64,000 nt of DNA from an uncultured Gammaproteobacteria bacterium (GTDB lineage Bacteria; Pseudomonadota; Gammaproteobacteria; UBA9214): contig CAVVHS010000006.1 in the NCBI GenBank assembly GCA_963748215.1, forward strand, positions 32,001 to 96,000. The letters run 5' to 3'. Both the position numbers and the translations under genes were made by a program. Shown here piece after piece: positions 1 to 9,611 of the stretch. Positions within the stretch are counted from its first letter, which is position 1; each line of letters opens with the position of its first letter. Below the pieces are notes generated by a model. That model ran no database searches and was not told the origin of the DNA. It saw only the letters and a list, made by a program, of their open reading frames with translations.

Positions 1-1
1 G

Positions 2-292
2 CCGACGGGAAACCTGCCGGAGGTCATGGGTGGCGGCACCCCGACCTTGCGGGCGCTGATCCGCGAATACCTTTTCGTCTCGCTGTTCCGGGCGTGCGCC
101 GAATCGCTGGCCAGCGAGAACGCGAGCCGTCTCGCGGCGATGCAACGCGCCGACAAGAATATCGGTGAACTGCTGGACGACCTCAACGGCACATTTCACC
201 GTTTGCGCCAGAGTGGTATCGACGCGGAACTGTTCGACGTGATCTCCGGGTTCGAGGCGCTGAACGAATCCGGATTCCATATTGATGTTTGA
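2..292 (+). CDS. atpG: F1 gamma subunit of alternate (N-type) F1Fo ATPase, C-terminal part (cut by window edge)
   Basis: EYLFVSLFRACAESLASENASRLAAMQRADKNI...RQSGIDAELFDVISGFEAL is the gamma C-terminus; the wording matches N-ATPase AtpG. Confidence 0.85.
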   Translation, partial: PTGNLPEVMGGGTPTLRALIREYLFVSLFRACAESLASENASRLAAMQRADKNIGELLDDLNGTFHRLRQSGIDAELFDVISGFEALNESGFHIDV

Positions 293-309
293 TCCATAGA
301 CTTCCGTCA

Positions 310-440
310 TAATCAAGTGCGAACGCTTCAACCGTATTTCCCATCTGGTCGGCGCCACACTGGCGCTGGCGGGTGCCGCGGCGCTGGGCCTGGAACTCGA
401 TGCACTGCCGCTGCGCGGCGCGCTGGCCCAGCTCTCTTGA
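310..440 (+). pseudogene. Haemolysin III/PAQR family relic with internal deletion
   Basis: Reads ERFNRISHLVGATLALAGAAAL (family N-terminus ERFNSISHLVG), then jumps to GLELDALPLRGA; no intact ORF. Confidence 0.45.
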
Positions 441-790
441 AATACAACAGGGATTCATTGATCTTCGAAAAAGACAAATATACGGCCCCAGCAGGGTCCA
501 CATACAATCTGTTATGTATATTTGGAGCTTTGCATTGACTCGCTCAGTATAATAAGCGACACAAAGGTAACCCGGTTAGCACAGAAGATACGGAATCGAT
601 TAAACAATAAATAGATATACCTTTTAAAATCCGCTTGCCGGTCGGTGGTATTTTTCAATTTGGAGACGGAGAACCAACGTTCACCATTACTATCAATGAC
701 CATAATGGCTTGACGGCGATAACATCGGTTTGATGAACTGCATTTTACTGAAGCTTACATCAATGGCAGCCTAGGCATTGATGGGGATAT

Positions 791-881
791 CATGGCAGAG
801 CAGGGTAGGGAAGGATGCTTTCAGGAACAAGACTGCCTAAGTTGTCGTTTTCAAGTGATAATTTGAAATTCGCCTGGGGCA
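791..881. repeat. Solo copy of the upstream end of the IS at 3312-4510
   Basis: catggcagagcagggtagggaaggatgctttcaggaacaag...aattcgcctgg recurs at 4420-4506. Confidence 0.8.
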
Positions 882-1024
882 GGTTATATTTCGGACGCTG
901 ATGAGGGCAGTTGTTTGTCCTAAGGTTGCTTCTTTATATTACGGATCAGAAATCCTAAACCTTCTTCACCACGTTGCTAATGCTTATTCCATCAATTATA
1001 TAATTAAAACCGGAGCGGAATTTC

Positions 1025-1195
1025 ATGATTATAAGAATTATCATCGTACTTATCGTGTTGGCAATTGGCGCAACCATTGCCTACCAGATAGGCTGGTTAT
1101 CGGACAAGGGAGAAAATGCCTACGACGAAACCAAAGAAGCAATTATCGATAACAGCGAAAAGTTGATCGATAAAGCAGATGATGCAATGAAGTAA
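1025..1195 (+). CDS. Small (56 aa) single-TM protein, below the ORF-track cutoff
   Basis: GGAG RBS, then MIIRIIIVLIVLAIGATIAYQIGWLSDKGENAYDETKEAIIDNSEKLIDKADDAMK. Confidence 0.65.
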   Translation: MIIRIIIVLIVLAIGATIAYQIGWLSDKGENAYDETKEAIIDNSEKLIDKADDAMK

Positions 1196-1499
1196 GACCT
1201 GCCAGAAATATTAGCGCTAAACTTCTGGTTCCTTGCGCGCCTTATGGGAAGTCAGATGATGAACTACTACAGGTTATGTCACATGCATCCTGGTTCCTGA
1301 ATGATGGGGTGTAGTTCTTTACCCTTGTTCTCTGGAAATAACCAATGCATTGCAAAGGCTGTTTCAATATCCTTTATAGCAACAATGCAAGGAAACCGGG
1401 GTAATCAGAGCGCGACCTAAAGTGCACCTGCGGTTCACGTGTTTTGCACCATGAACTCAAATGGCATCCTGATCGGTTCCCGCGCCAGCTCTCGACCCT

Positions 1500-1748
1500 G
1501 CCAGGCTGGACCGGATGGACGAGATCAGGCCACACCATATCTTTCGCCGCATTGACGACCTGCGGGTGCGTCATTTTGACGAGCTGTATGATTCCCTTGA
1601 GCCCGGTCAGCTGATAGACAATCAGAACGTTCCCGAAGGCATGCACGACGAATGGCGCATGTCTCGCCCCGGTCGCTGGACACTGCAGATGGTGCAGGGC
1701 CAGTATGGAGGTGAAAGCACACGCCGGGAAGAGCATGCCGACGGGTAA
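1500..1748 (+). pseudogene. C-terminal relic of an FMN-binding glutamate synthase family protein
   Basis: LDRMDEIRPHHIFRRIDDLRVRHFDELYDSLEPGQLI...EW resembles the family C-terminus; the rest of the gene is absent. Confidence 0.5.
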
Positions 1749-1818
1749 GTCGGCTGGCGGATCCCCGGTGCGTGTTCAGATACATGAACTGCACACGAGC
1801 GTGCAAAGGAGGCCTTCG

Positions 1819-2304
1819 ATGAACCACCTGGTTTACAAATTCCCTGTTTTTATAGTCGCCATCATCTGGATGGTCGCCTCACAGGCTGAAGAAGGCCCGC
1901 CCTGGGGCCGCGCCAGTTTACAGGCAATCGACTATGCACCTCATAAAGTCGTGTACGATGTGGCGGTGGCAGATGTTGATAACTTTTCCCGCGTCCTTGA
2001 CCGGGTGAGTTTCCTGAACAATGTCTACCATTCCGATCCGTTCGATGCGTCAATTGTGCTTGTCTTGCACGGTGACGAAATACCCTTTTTCGCAGTAGAC
2101 AATTTCAGCCGCTATCAGGAGTTGATGCGCCGTGCACAGAGCCTGACAGTCGCCGGAACGGTGCAGTTCAGGATGTGCCGTATTGCGGCTGCCGGCCATG
2201 ATCTTGAACCTGGCCAGATACACGGGTTCGTCAAGGTGGTGCCTATGGCGGACGCGGAAATCGTACGACTGCAACAGGAGGAGGGATATGTCTACATGCA
2301 ATAA
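1819..2304 (+). CDS. Secreted DsrE-family protein
   Basis: AAGGAGG RBS; signal peptide; KVVYDV...IVLVLHGDEI...FRMC...ADAEIVRLQQEEGYVY motifs. Confidence 0.8.
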   Translation: MNHLVYKFPVFIVAIIWMVASQAEEGPPWGRASLQAIDYAPHKVVYDVAVADVDNFSRVLDRVSFLNNVYHSDPFDASIVLVLHGDEIPFFAVDNFSRYQELMRRAQSLTVAGTVQFRMCRIAAAGHDLEPGQIHGFVKVVPMADAEIVRLQQEEGYVYMQ

Positions 2305-3307
2305 GTGCCTGATGCCGGCCCTGCTGTGCGTGCTGGCGATAATAGCCCCGGCAGCGGCTGCCGAACGTACATCGACGCCGTACGGGACTGTCAGTCTTCC
2401 CTTTGTCCTGCACAAGGTTCCGAATGCGCCGGTCTATTACGTGATCGGACACTCCGGTGTGCCGGGCGCAGATAACGAAGGCCATACCTCCAACGCCGGC
2501 TTCGTGGTCACGGACGCAGGCGTGGTGGTGTTCGATGCGCTGGGCACGCCCGCACTCGGCTACCGTCTGCTGCAGCGTATCCGCGAGGTCACCGACCAGC
2601 CCGTAGAACGCATTGTCATCAGTCACTATCACGCCGATCACATCTATGGCCTGCAGGCATTCAAGGAACATGCCGGCGATCCGCCGGTGTGGGCGCAGCG
2701 CCTGGCGCTCGGCTACGCGGGAGGCACGGCCGCCAGCCAGGGCGAGGACGCCCGGCGGCGACTGGTACAGCGGCGCGAAGCGCTGTTTCCCTGGGTGGAT
2801 GAAACTACCTACATTGTCGCGCCGGATCACACCTTCGACACGGATGCGACATTCGAGGTCGGTGGTATCACGTTCGAACTGAAACACCTGGGGCCGGCGC
2901 ATGCGCCTGGAGACAGTATTATGCTGGTCAGGGATTACGGTGTGCTGTTCAGCGGTGATGTCATTTACAAGGGCCGCGTGCCCTTTCTCGACAGTCCCCA
3001 GACCGACATCGATCGCTGGCTGCAGGGGCTCGACTACCTGTCCGGACTGGAGCCGCAGCCCCGTTACGTGATCCCCGGACACGGTACGCCGTCGGACAAT
3101 CTGCAACAGGCCGTTGCCATGACCCGCGACTATATCGTCTATGTGTGCAATGCCATGCGCAAGGCCGTGGCAGATTTTGTTCCATTTGACGAGGCCTATG
3201 AGGCGACCGACTGGTCAGCCTACAGGGACTTGCCGGCATTCGATGCCAGTAACCGCGGTAACGCCTATCGTATCTATCTCGAGATGGAGGCAGAGTCGTT
3301 TGAATAG
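2288..3307 (+). CDS. Secreted MBL-fold metallo-hydrolase, SoxH-like
   Basis: SNAGFVVT, SHYHADH, AHAPGD, SGD and IPGHG motifs; signal peptide; overlaps the DsrE stop. Confidence 0.85.
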   Translation: MSTCNKCLMPALLCVLAIIAPAAAAERTSTPYGTVSLPFVLHKVPNAPVYYVIGHSGVPGADNEGHTSNAGFVVTDAGVVVFDALGTPALGYRLLQRIREVTDQPVERIVISHYHADHIYGLQAFKEHAGDPPVWAQRLALGYAGGTAASQGEDARRRLVQRREALFPWVDETTYIVAPDHTFDTDATFEVGGITFELKHLGPAHAPGDSIMLVRDYGVLFSGDVIYKGRVPFLDSPQTDIDRWLQGLDYLSGLEPQPRYVIPGHGTPSDNLQQAVAMTRDYIVYVCNAMRKAVADFVPFDEAYEATDWSAYRDLPAFDASNRGNAYRIYLEMEAESFE

Positions 3308-3311
3308 ATCC

Positions 3312-4510
3312 TGTCCTTGGCGAATTCCTATTCATGCAGCAATTGGCGTCTGAAAGAGTCCATTGCAATGCGATAACCATGAATAGTTGCAGAGTTTTGC
3401 GTGCAGAGGTAGAGGATTGCCGCTATGAACCGCTGGCGTATCTCCGCCTAACGATTGATGGACCCGTTCTCGGTTGTAGTATTGCCTGAAGTCTGCGAGT
3501 TTTTGCTCAAGATCCTTAGCATTCCAAAAGAGGGTGTGATCAAGATATTCACGGCGAATAGTTCCGATGAGTCGCTCAATGAAGGGGTGCGATATAGGCA
3601 TATACGGTACGGCCTTTATCTCATCTACACTAAGAACCCTCAGGTTCGCTTGCCATTGGTGATATAGGGATAGTGGGTCATTGTCAGAGCCGATATATTT
3701 CGGTGCACACCTGGTTGAGATGACGGAGTTGAACATTAGACACAAGACCGCACCGTCCACATCACCGGCGTGTACACCAAAGCCAACGATGCACCGCGTG
3801 AATTGGTCCATGACCACTAGCACCCAGTGGGTGTTGAGCAGAATGGATTCACAACGAAAATGATCAATGCTCCAGAGACTGTGCTTCGTGTGTCCGATGA
3901 AAGTCAGCCATGACGGCCCACTATCATCGGGCGCTGGGCGGTAGTGCCTGGCAAGGACGCGCCGGACCAGATCCTTGTTAATATCCACATCAAATGCCAT
4001 GGTGATTTACTGCGCTATTCCAGGACAACCAAAGTGTGGGTTGCGTAGCTTTTAGTTCAACGATTGCTTGGATGAGTTCGGGTGATGGGCCCTTAGGGTC
4101 TGGTTTTTCTTTTCTGCCTGAAGAGTACAGAAGCCGGTACTTGCGCTTTATAAGGAGGCCATGGCATTTCAACAGCGTCGATGGCCGAATAGTCACTGCA
4201 GCACGTTGAATATGGCATGGGTTGAGAAACAGTGACCAAAAGCCGAATAGAAACCGATCAAGTGCCGAAGGATTAGGCGCGCGTTGCCGCGAACGGTTGA
4301 TGACCAGGAGCTGTTGCTTCATGAGTAGGCTGTCAGCGACAACAGCTCTCGCACCACCGGATCCTATGTGTTTGGCGAGTGTAGTCAAAAAAATTGGCGA
4401 GGAGTATCAGCAGATCCTTCATGGCAGAGCAGGGTAGGGAAGGATGCTTTCAGGAACAAGTCTGTCTAAGATATCGGTTTCAGTTAATAATTATCAATTC
4501 GCCTGGCACA
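3312..4510 (-). mobile_element. IS481-like element (rve integrase core), degenerate
   Basis: Imperfect inverted ends TGTCCTTGGCGAATT / AATTCGCCTGGCACA around a split transposase. Confidence 0.7.
3332..4388 (-). pseudogene. Frameshifted DDE transposase/integrase
   Basis: Two ORFs (3990-4388, 3332-4000) with WSIDHF, VVMDQFTR, SDND, ERLIGTIRREYLD, YYNRERVHQSL. Confidence 0.85.
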
Positions 4511-4914
4511 CGGTCCAGCAGGACAAAACCGGTTATTTTTCTGACGCCTGCGCAACGACTTCGAAATTTCCACCCCGGCACCTCCCCGCAGTATGGGAAC
4601 CCACTCCGTCAATGGTCCGTTGCACGCGCATGACCGGCGTGATCCCGGCGATGCTGAATCGCTCAGGCTGCCTCGGCACCACCCCGCATGTCACCGCAAT
4701 CCGGCCACAAACCCGGGGCCACACAGCCAACCGTCCTGTTCAATTAGTTGTGTGAAAACCTGTATAAATTCTTTGTATAGGAATTGTTGAACTATTTGCA
4801 ATCCGGGATATCCCACCCTGTGCATGATCGCAGTACAGCAGGAATATCGGAGTGAAGATGAGGCGGATAGCCGTGCCGCCCGCAGTCCAACGACCAGCCA
4901 GAGAGGAATACACG

Positions 4915-5604
4915 ATGACGCAACCGACCCGAGGTATGAAACAGCTGTTGATCTACAGCACCTGCGCCCTGACACTGGGTGCCATGAGTGGTGCGGCAAA
5001 CGCCAACATGTGCATGAAACATCCCTATGGCTACCATGCCTACAAGAAACCCATGTACGGGTACGGCATGCATCGTCATGCTCGTCCGATGCCGTCGTAC
5101 GCTTATCCACCGACACAGTACGAGCAACGGCTCCCCGAACAGCCAGCGGTGAAAAGCGCAGCGGTGGAGAAGCAACTGCAGAAAACCGGGGCTGGCGCAC
5201 AAACAGCGCCTGCGCCGGCTCGCGGTCCCGACATCGTCGAGACAGCCGCCGCTGCAGGTACTTTCAAAACCCTCATCAAGGCGGTGCTCGCGGCTGACCT
5301 GTACGATACGCTGCGTGGCGATGGACCGTTCACGGTGTTCGCACCCACCGACGCCGCTTTTGAAAAGCTGCCTGCGGGTACGCTGGCCGGACTGCTGGCT
5401 GACAAGGAGAAACTGGCAGCCGTGCTCACCTACCACGTGCTCCCGGGAAGGATCACCGCAGCCGACATCCTGCAACGGCGTGATTTCGAGACGGTCCAGG
5501 GACAGACACTCTCAATCGATGCACTCTCCGTAGTCAGTGCAGACATCGAAACGTCCAATGGCATCGTCCATGTTATCGACAATGTCCTGATTCCCGTCCT
5601 GTAA
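4915..5604 (+). CDS. Secreted fasciclin (FAS1) protein with a Tyr/Met/His/Pro-rich N-terminal extension
   Basis: DIVETA...GPFTVFAPTDAAF...VLTYHV...SNGIVHVIDNVL; signal peptide; GAGG RBS (alternative start 4936). Confidence 0.9.
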   Translation: MTQPTRGMKQLLIYSTCALTLGAMSGAANANMCMKHPYGYHAYKKPMYGYGMHRHARPMPSYAYPPTQYEQRLPEQPAVKSAAVEKQLQKTGAGAQTAPAPARGPDIVETAAAAGTFKTLIKAVLAADLYDTLRGDGPFTVFAPTDAAFEKLPAGTLAGLLADKEKLAAVLTYHVLPGRITAADILQRRDFETVQGQTLSIDALSVVSADIETSNGIVHVIDNVLIPVL

Positions 5605-5610
5605 CCAGCA

Positions 5611-5640
5611 GCGGCGTGCACCCGTGCACGCCGCCTTTCC
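5611..5640 (+). terminator. Hairpin after the fasciclin gene, probable terminator
   Basis: gcggcgtgca-cccg-tgcacgccgc stem followed by ctttcc. Confidence 0.5.
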
Positions 5641-6083
5641 AGGCAGGGTAACAGTCGTCTGCGGTGTGGTGTGATCGTTTCAGGGCATCCCCGGCATTCG
5701 TCGTTGTGCCTGCACCAGAAATGCCCGTCGAAACGGTCCCTTGAGAAGGAAGAGGAACGCACAGTGCGCGAGATTCCTGGCCTGACTGGACCTCGTATGG
5801 ATTCAGTACTGTTCACCTGTTACGGTAGCGTTCATGTCCGGCATTTGCCGGTATGCCGGTTCACCGCGAGGCCCGGGCCATCCTGAACCCGCGCATGGGT
5901 GACGCAACCTGCCCGGTCCTGCGGGCGGAAACCTGCCGTGGATCCAGGGGTGAGAAGCCTGTACGGCTTCGGCAGGAACTGGCCGGCGAACAGCCACGCC
6001 TGTCGCCTGGTCATGAATACAGGCATGGGCATGGGTCTCTACCGGGCGGTGCAGCGCTCTGCACCGGGAGATCGCAACCGAGG

Positions 6084-8162
6084 ATGAAAAGGCTACTCCC
6101 TTCAGTCATCTGCCTGCTGTGCTGTCTCTTCGCGCCCGGCACCATCCAGGCCAATGATCCGGCCGTGGTCTCGACCGAACACGCGACGGTCACACTGATG
6201 AGCGAGCCGGCAACGGTCGCGGCGGACCAGACACTGTGGCTCGGGCTGCGCTTCGAGCTGATCCCGCACTGGCATGTCTACTGGCGAAATCCAGGCGCGT
6301 CGGGCACTGCGCCGGTCATCCGCTGGACGCTGCCGGTAGGCTGGGAGACCGGAGAGGTGCACTGGCCGGTGCCGAAGCGCATACGGGTCGGGCCGCTGGT
6401 CAACTATGGCTATGAGGATGCCGTCGTTTTACTGGTGCCTGTGCGTGTGCCCCCGGGACCGCTGCCTGCCGGCCCGCACACCATCACGGCTGACACCGAG
6501 TGGCTGGTGTGCCAGGTGGAGTGCATCCCTGAATCCGGCCGCCTCGCACTCACGCTCGATCACACCGGCAGCGGCACCCCCGCAGACACCGCAACGCACG
6601 AGCTGTTCAACGCAACCCGGGCCCAATGGCCCGAGCCGATCACCCTGGCGGGCCGCTACCGCCTGGAGGGTGATCGTATTTCGATTGCAGTCGGCCTGCC
6701 CGGCCTGTTTCCGCGCGCGCCCACCGACCTCTGGTTCGCGGCCGGGGAATGGGGGCCTGTCGATGCCAGCGGTGCGCAACGCTGGGAACAAACCGGGACG
6801 GAACTGTCGCTCGGCGTGGCGGCCGGCGACGTGCCTCCTGCGGGGGATAGCCCGTTGGAAGGCCTGCTGGTGGTCGAGTCGGAGCAGGGTGGCAAGACGC
6901 TGCGCAGCGGCTATCGCGTGCGGCTCGCGGCACAGCCGCCGGTACCCGGCGGTCAGAACCTGAACCTGGTCACCGCCCTGGTATTTGCATTCCTGGGCGG
7001 ACTGATACTGAACATCATGCCCTGCGTCCTGCCCGTGCTGAGCATCAAGATACTGGGTTTCGCCCGGGAAGCCGGGGCGAACCGGCTGCGTCTGAGCTGG
7101 CACGGCCTGAGTTACGCGGCCGGTGTGCTGGCCACTTTTACCGTGCTGGCAGTAATCCTGCTGGTGCTGCGCGCGGGCGGCGAATCGCTAGGCTGGGGAT
7201 TCCAGCTTCAGTCGCCGGTGCTGGTGACCCTGCTGGCCTACGTCATGCTGCTGGTGGGACTCAGCCTGTCAGGCGTCTTTTCCATCGGTGGCGGGCTGAT
7301 AGGTAGCGGCCAGTCCCTGATGTCATCCGGTGGACTCACCGGTACCTTCGCCACCGGTGTGCTGGCCGCCGTCGTCGCCAGCCCGTGTACCGCGCCCTTC
7401 ATGGGGGCCGCCCTGGGTTTCGCCATCACGCGCCCGGGCACGGAGGCATTTGCTGTTTTCCTCACCCTCGGTGCCGGCTTTGCCCTGCCTGTCCTGCTGC
7501 TGAGCCTGTTTCCCGCCTGGCTCAGGTTCATTCCCAAGCCGGGACGCTGGATGATACGTTTCCAGCAGACACTGGCCTTCCCGCTGTTCGCCACCGCCGC
7601 CTGGCTGCTGTGGGTGCTCAGCCAGCAAACCGATGCACGCACCTACGGAGGCGCGCTGGCGGGACTGGTAGTGGTCGCCTTCGCCGCCTGGCTGTACGGC
7701 CAGTGGAGACCGGGCGCGTGGCGACTCGGATTGCTGGGTGCCGGCACGGCAGCCGCGCTGGCGCTGGCGATCGGCCCGATGCTTTTATCCGGTTCAGCCG
7801 GGCATTCCCGCCCTGTCTCCGAGGACTACACACCCTGGTCAGAGCAGCAGGTACAGGCACTCACCGCAGCGGGGCGGCCGGTCTTCGTCAACTTCACCGC
7901 TGCCTGGTGCATTACCTGCAAGGTCAACGAGCAGCTGGCCCTGTCATCGGACCACATCCGGCAGCTTTTCGAGGCCCGGTCCGTGGCCTACCTCGTGGCC
8001 GACTGGACCCGGCGCGACCCCGCGATCACCCGCCAGCTGGAACGCTATGGACGCAGCGGCGTACCCCTCTACCTGTTGTTTTCACCGGCGGCCGGGGCGC
8101 CGGTGATACTCCCCCAGCTGCTGACTGAAGGCATCGTAGCCGAAGCCATCCATACACTTTGA
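6084..8162 (+). CDS. dsbD: Protein-disulfide reductase DsbD family (ScsB class)
   Basis: N-domain WHVYWRNPG...CQVECIP; TM domain LNIMPCVLPVL and ASPCTAPFMG; thioredoxin domain FTAAWCITC. Confidence 0.9.
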   Translation: MKRLLPSVICLLCCLFAPGTIQANDPAVVSTEHATVTLMSEPATVAADQTLWLGLRFELIPHWHVYWRNPGASGTAPVIRWTLPVGWETGEVHWPVPKRIRVGPLVNYGYEDAVVLLVPVRVPPGPLPAGPHTITADTEWLVCQVECIPESGRLALTLDHTGSGTPADTATHELFNATRAQWPEPITLAGRYRLEGDRISIAVGLPGLFPRAPTDLWFAAGEWGPVDASGAQRWEQTGTELSLGVAAGDVPPAGDSPLEGLLVVESEQGGKTLRSGYRVRLAAQPPVPGGQNLNLVTALVFAFLGGLILNIMPCVLPVLSIKILGFAREAGANRLRLSWHGLSYAAGVLATFTVLAVILLVLRAGGESLGWGFQLQSPVLVTLLAYVMLLVGLSLSGVFSIGGGLIGSGQSLMSSGGLTGTFATGVLAAVVASPCTAPFMGAALGFAITRPGTEAFAVFLTLGAGFALPVLLLSLFPAWLRFIPKPGRWMIRFQQTLAFPLFATAAWLLWVLSQQTDARTYGGALAGLVVVAFAAWLYGQWRPGAWRLGLLGAGTAAALALAIGPMLLSGSAGHSRPVSEDYTPWSEQQVQALTAAGRPVFVNFTAAWCITCKVNEQLALSSDHIRQLFEARSVAYLVADWTRRDPAITRQLERYGRSGVPLYLLFSPAAGAPVILPQLLTEGIVAEAIHTL

Positions 8163-8177
8163 AAACAGGAGAAAATC

Positions 8178-8786
8178 ATGTTCAAACGTTTTTTTTGCAT
8201 CCCTTTCATCCTCCTCGCCCTGTATGCCTGCGGATCGAGCGCCAACCTGCGCGTGGGCGAACCGGCGCCCGACTTCGAGGGCGTGGACACCCGGGGCACG
8301 GTCCATCGGCTGGCCGATTACCGGGGCAAGACCGTCGTGCTGGAATGGACCAATCATGACTGCCCCTTCGTTCGCAAGCATTACAACGCCGGAAACATGC
8401 AGGCCCAGCAGCGCGAGGCAGCGGCAGAGGGCGTGGTCTGGCTGTCGGTGATCTCCTCGGCCCCCGGCAAGCAGGGTCACGTGAGTCCCGCGGAGGCCGA
8501 CGAGCTCACCCGAAACCGCAATGCAGAACCCCGGGCGGTCATCCTCGACAGCGACGGCCGCATCGGCCGGGCCTACCAGGCCAGGACCACGCCTCATATG
8601 TTTATCATCGACGCCGCCGGTACGCTGGTTTACATGGGCGGCATAGACAGCATCACCACCGCCAACCCGGATGACATTCCAAAGGCCACGCAGTATGTGC
8701 GCGTCGCCCTGCAGGACATGGCAGCCGGCAAGCCCGTGAAAACACCGGTGACGAAGCCCTACGGGTGTTCAGTCAAGTACCCGTGA
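8178..8786 (+). CDS. Peroxiredoxin-like redoxin lipoprotein (AhpC/TSA, PrxL-like)
   Basis: Lipobox LYAC; VVLEWTNHDCPFV, ARTTPHMF, YGCSVKY. Confidence 0.85.
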   Translation: MFKRFFCIPFILLALYACGSSANLRVGEPAPDFEGVDTRGTVHRLADYRGKTVVLEWTNHDCPFVRKHYNAGNMQAQQREAAAEGVVWLSVISSAPGKQGHVSPAEADELTRNRNAEPRAVILDSDGRIGRAYQARTTPHMFIIDAAGTLVYMGGIDSITTANPDDIPKATQYVRVALQDMAAGKPVKTPVTKPYGCSVKYP

Positions 8787-8812
8787 GTAGCCGGCTGCTC
8801 CGGCCATGACGA

Positions 8813-9230
8813 AAGGATGGTGGATATGACTCGCCGGCCCAAAATTGAGGGGGCTGCAGCGCTTCGGGCTTCGTCTGACGCACTTCGTTTCAGGTTAGTT
8901 AGCTAATGCTGTGCGGGACTGTCACGGGACCTGTCCAGCATCGTTGTGCGCTGTCCTGCAATTCTTGCAACGGGCGTCCCGAAATACATAAATAAACACT
9001 TGATGTTATGAACGGATAAGCGGCATGGGGTGCAGGTGGTCGAAGGTTCACAAAATCGTCAGGAACGATTTTGAACGCCGCGAAGCGGCGGCCCCGCAGG
9101 GGCGACGGACAGGGATGTCCGCCGTAAATCCTCTCGCCCCGGACAATTATTCCCTTTACCACTCAGTTGGTTATAGCTGCTTTCTCTAACTGGTCTTGCT
9201 GTTCAAAATCGTCAGTGCGGGACTTTTGCG
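8813..9230 (+). repeat. att junction A (attP-like), near-identical to 25403-25920
   Basis: About 400 bp shared with copy C; tRNA-Pro 3' core flanked by GTGCGGGAC arm-like motifs and an integrase tail (RKSPALTILNSKTS, minus strand). Confidence 0.8.
9023..9145 (+). other. 3' half of tRNA-Pro(GGG) with a 76-nt structured repeat in the T-loop
   Basis: gcatggggtgcaggtggtcgaaggttca[9051-9126]aatcctctcgccccggaca; no 5' half. Confidence 0.75.
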
Positions 9231-9232
9231 GG

Positions 9233-9565
9233 TGTGGTCCGCAAATACACATGCAGCTTTCGGCAGCAAGCCGTATTCATGATTTAATCCACCCAGGACA
9301 GGGTGAGTTACAAGCTTAAGGTGATTCGGGATGCGATATCGATGTATTTGTGGCGAGACAGGGAGATCGGATGGTGGGTCCGGTATGCCTGGGCCAATAC
9401 TGGAATGTGACCGGCCTTTGTTGTAATACGTCACCCGGTTTAACGTGATACTGCGAAGGTGGGTTTCCGCTAACGGGATAAAGAAGTCAAGGCATTCGCG
9501 GCGGAGTGTGCCAGTTACGCGTTCACAGAGACTGTTGGCTTTGGGGCTTCGAGGTGGTGCCCTAC
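9233..9565 (-). mobile_element. 3' relic of an IS481-like rve transposase
   Basis: PRSPKANSLCER.TGTLRRECLD...YYNKGRSHSSIGPG...PVLGGLNHEY; end TGTGGTCCGCAAAT. Confidence 0.75.
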
Positions 9566-9611
9566 AGTATACCCAACTTCTATTACCGTGAAGCAGCTTG
9601 AAAGTAAGCGT

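Noticed and set aside
5640-6083. Gene or riboswitch between fasciclin and dsbD
   Set aside because: No coherent ORF or recognisable RNA motif; the long ORF-track start at 5853 lacks an RBS and precedes the real signal peptide.
9051-9126. Self-splicing intron in a tRNA
   Set aside because: Far too short for group I or II, the host tRNA is incomplete, and a simple deletion from copy C explains it.
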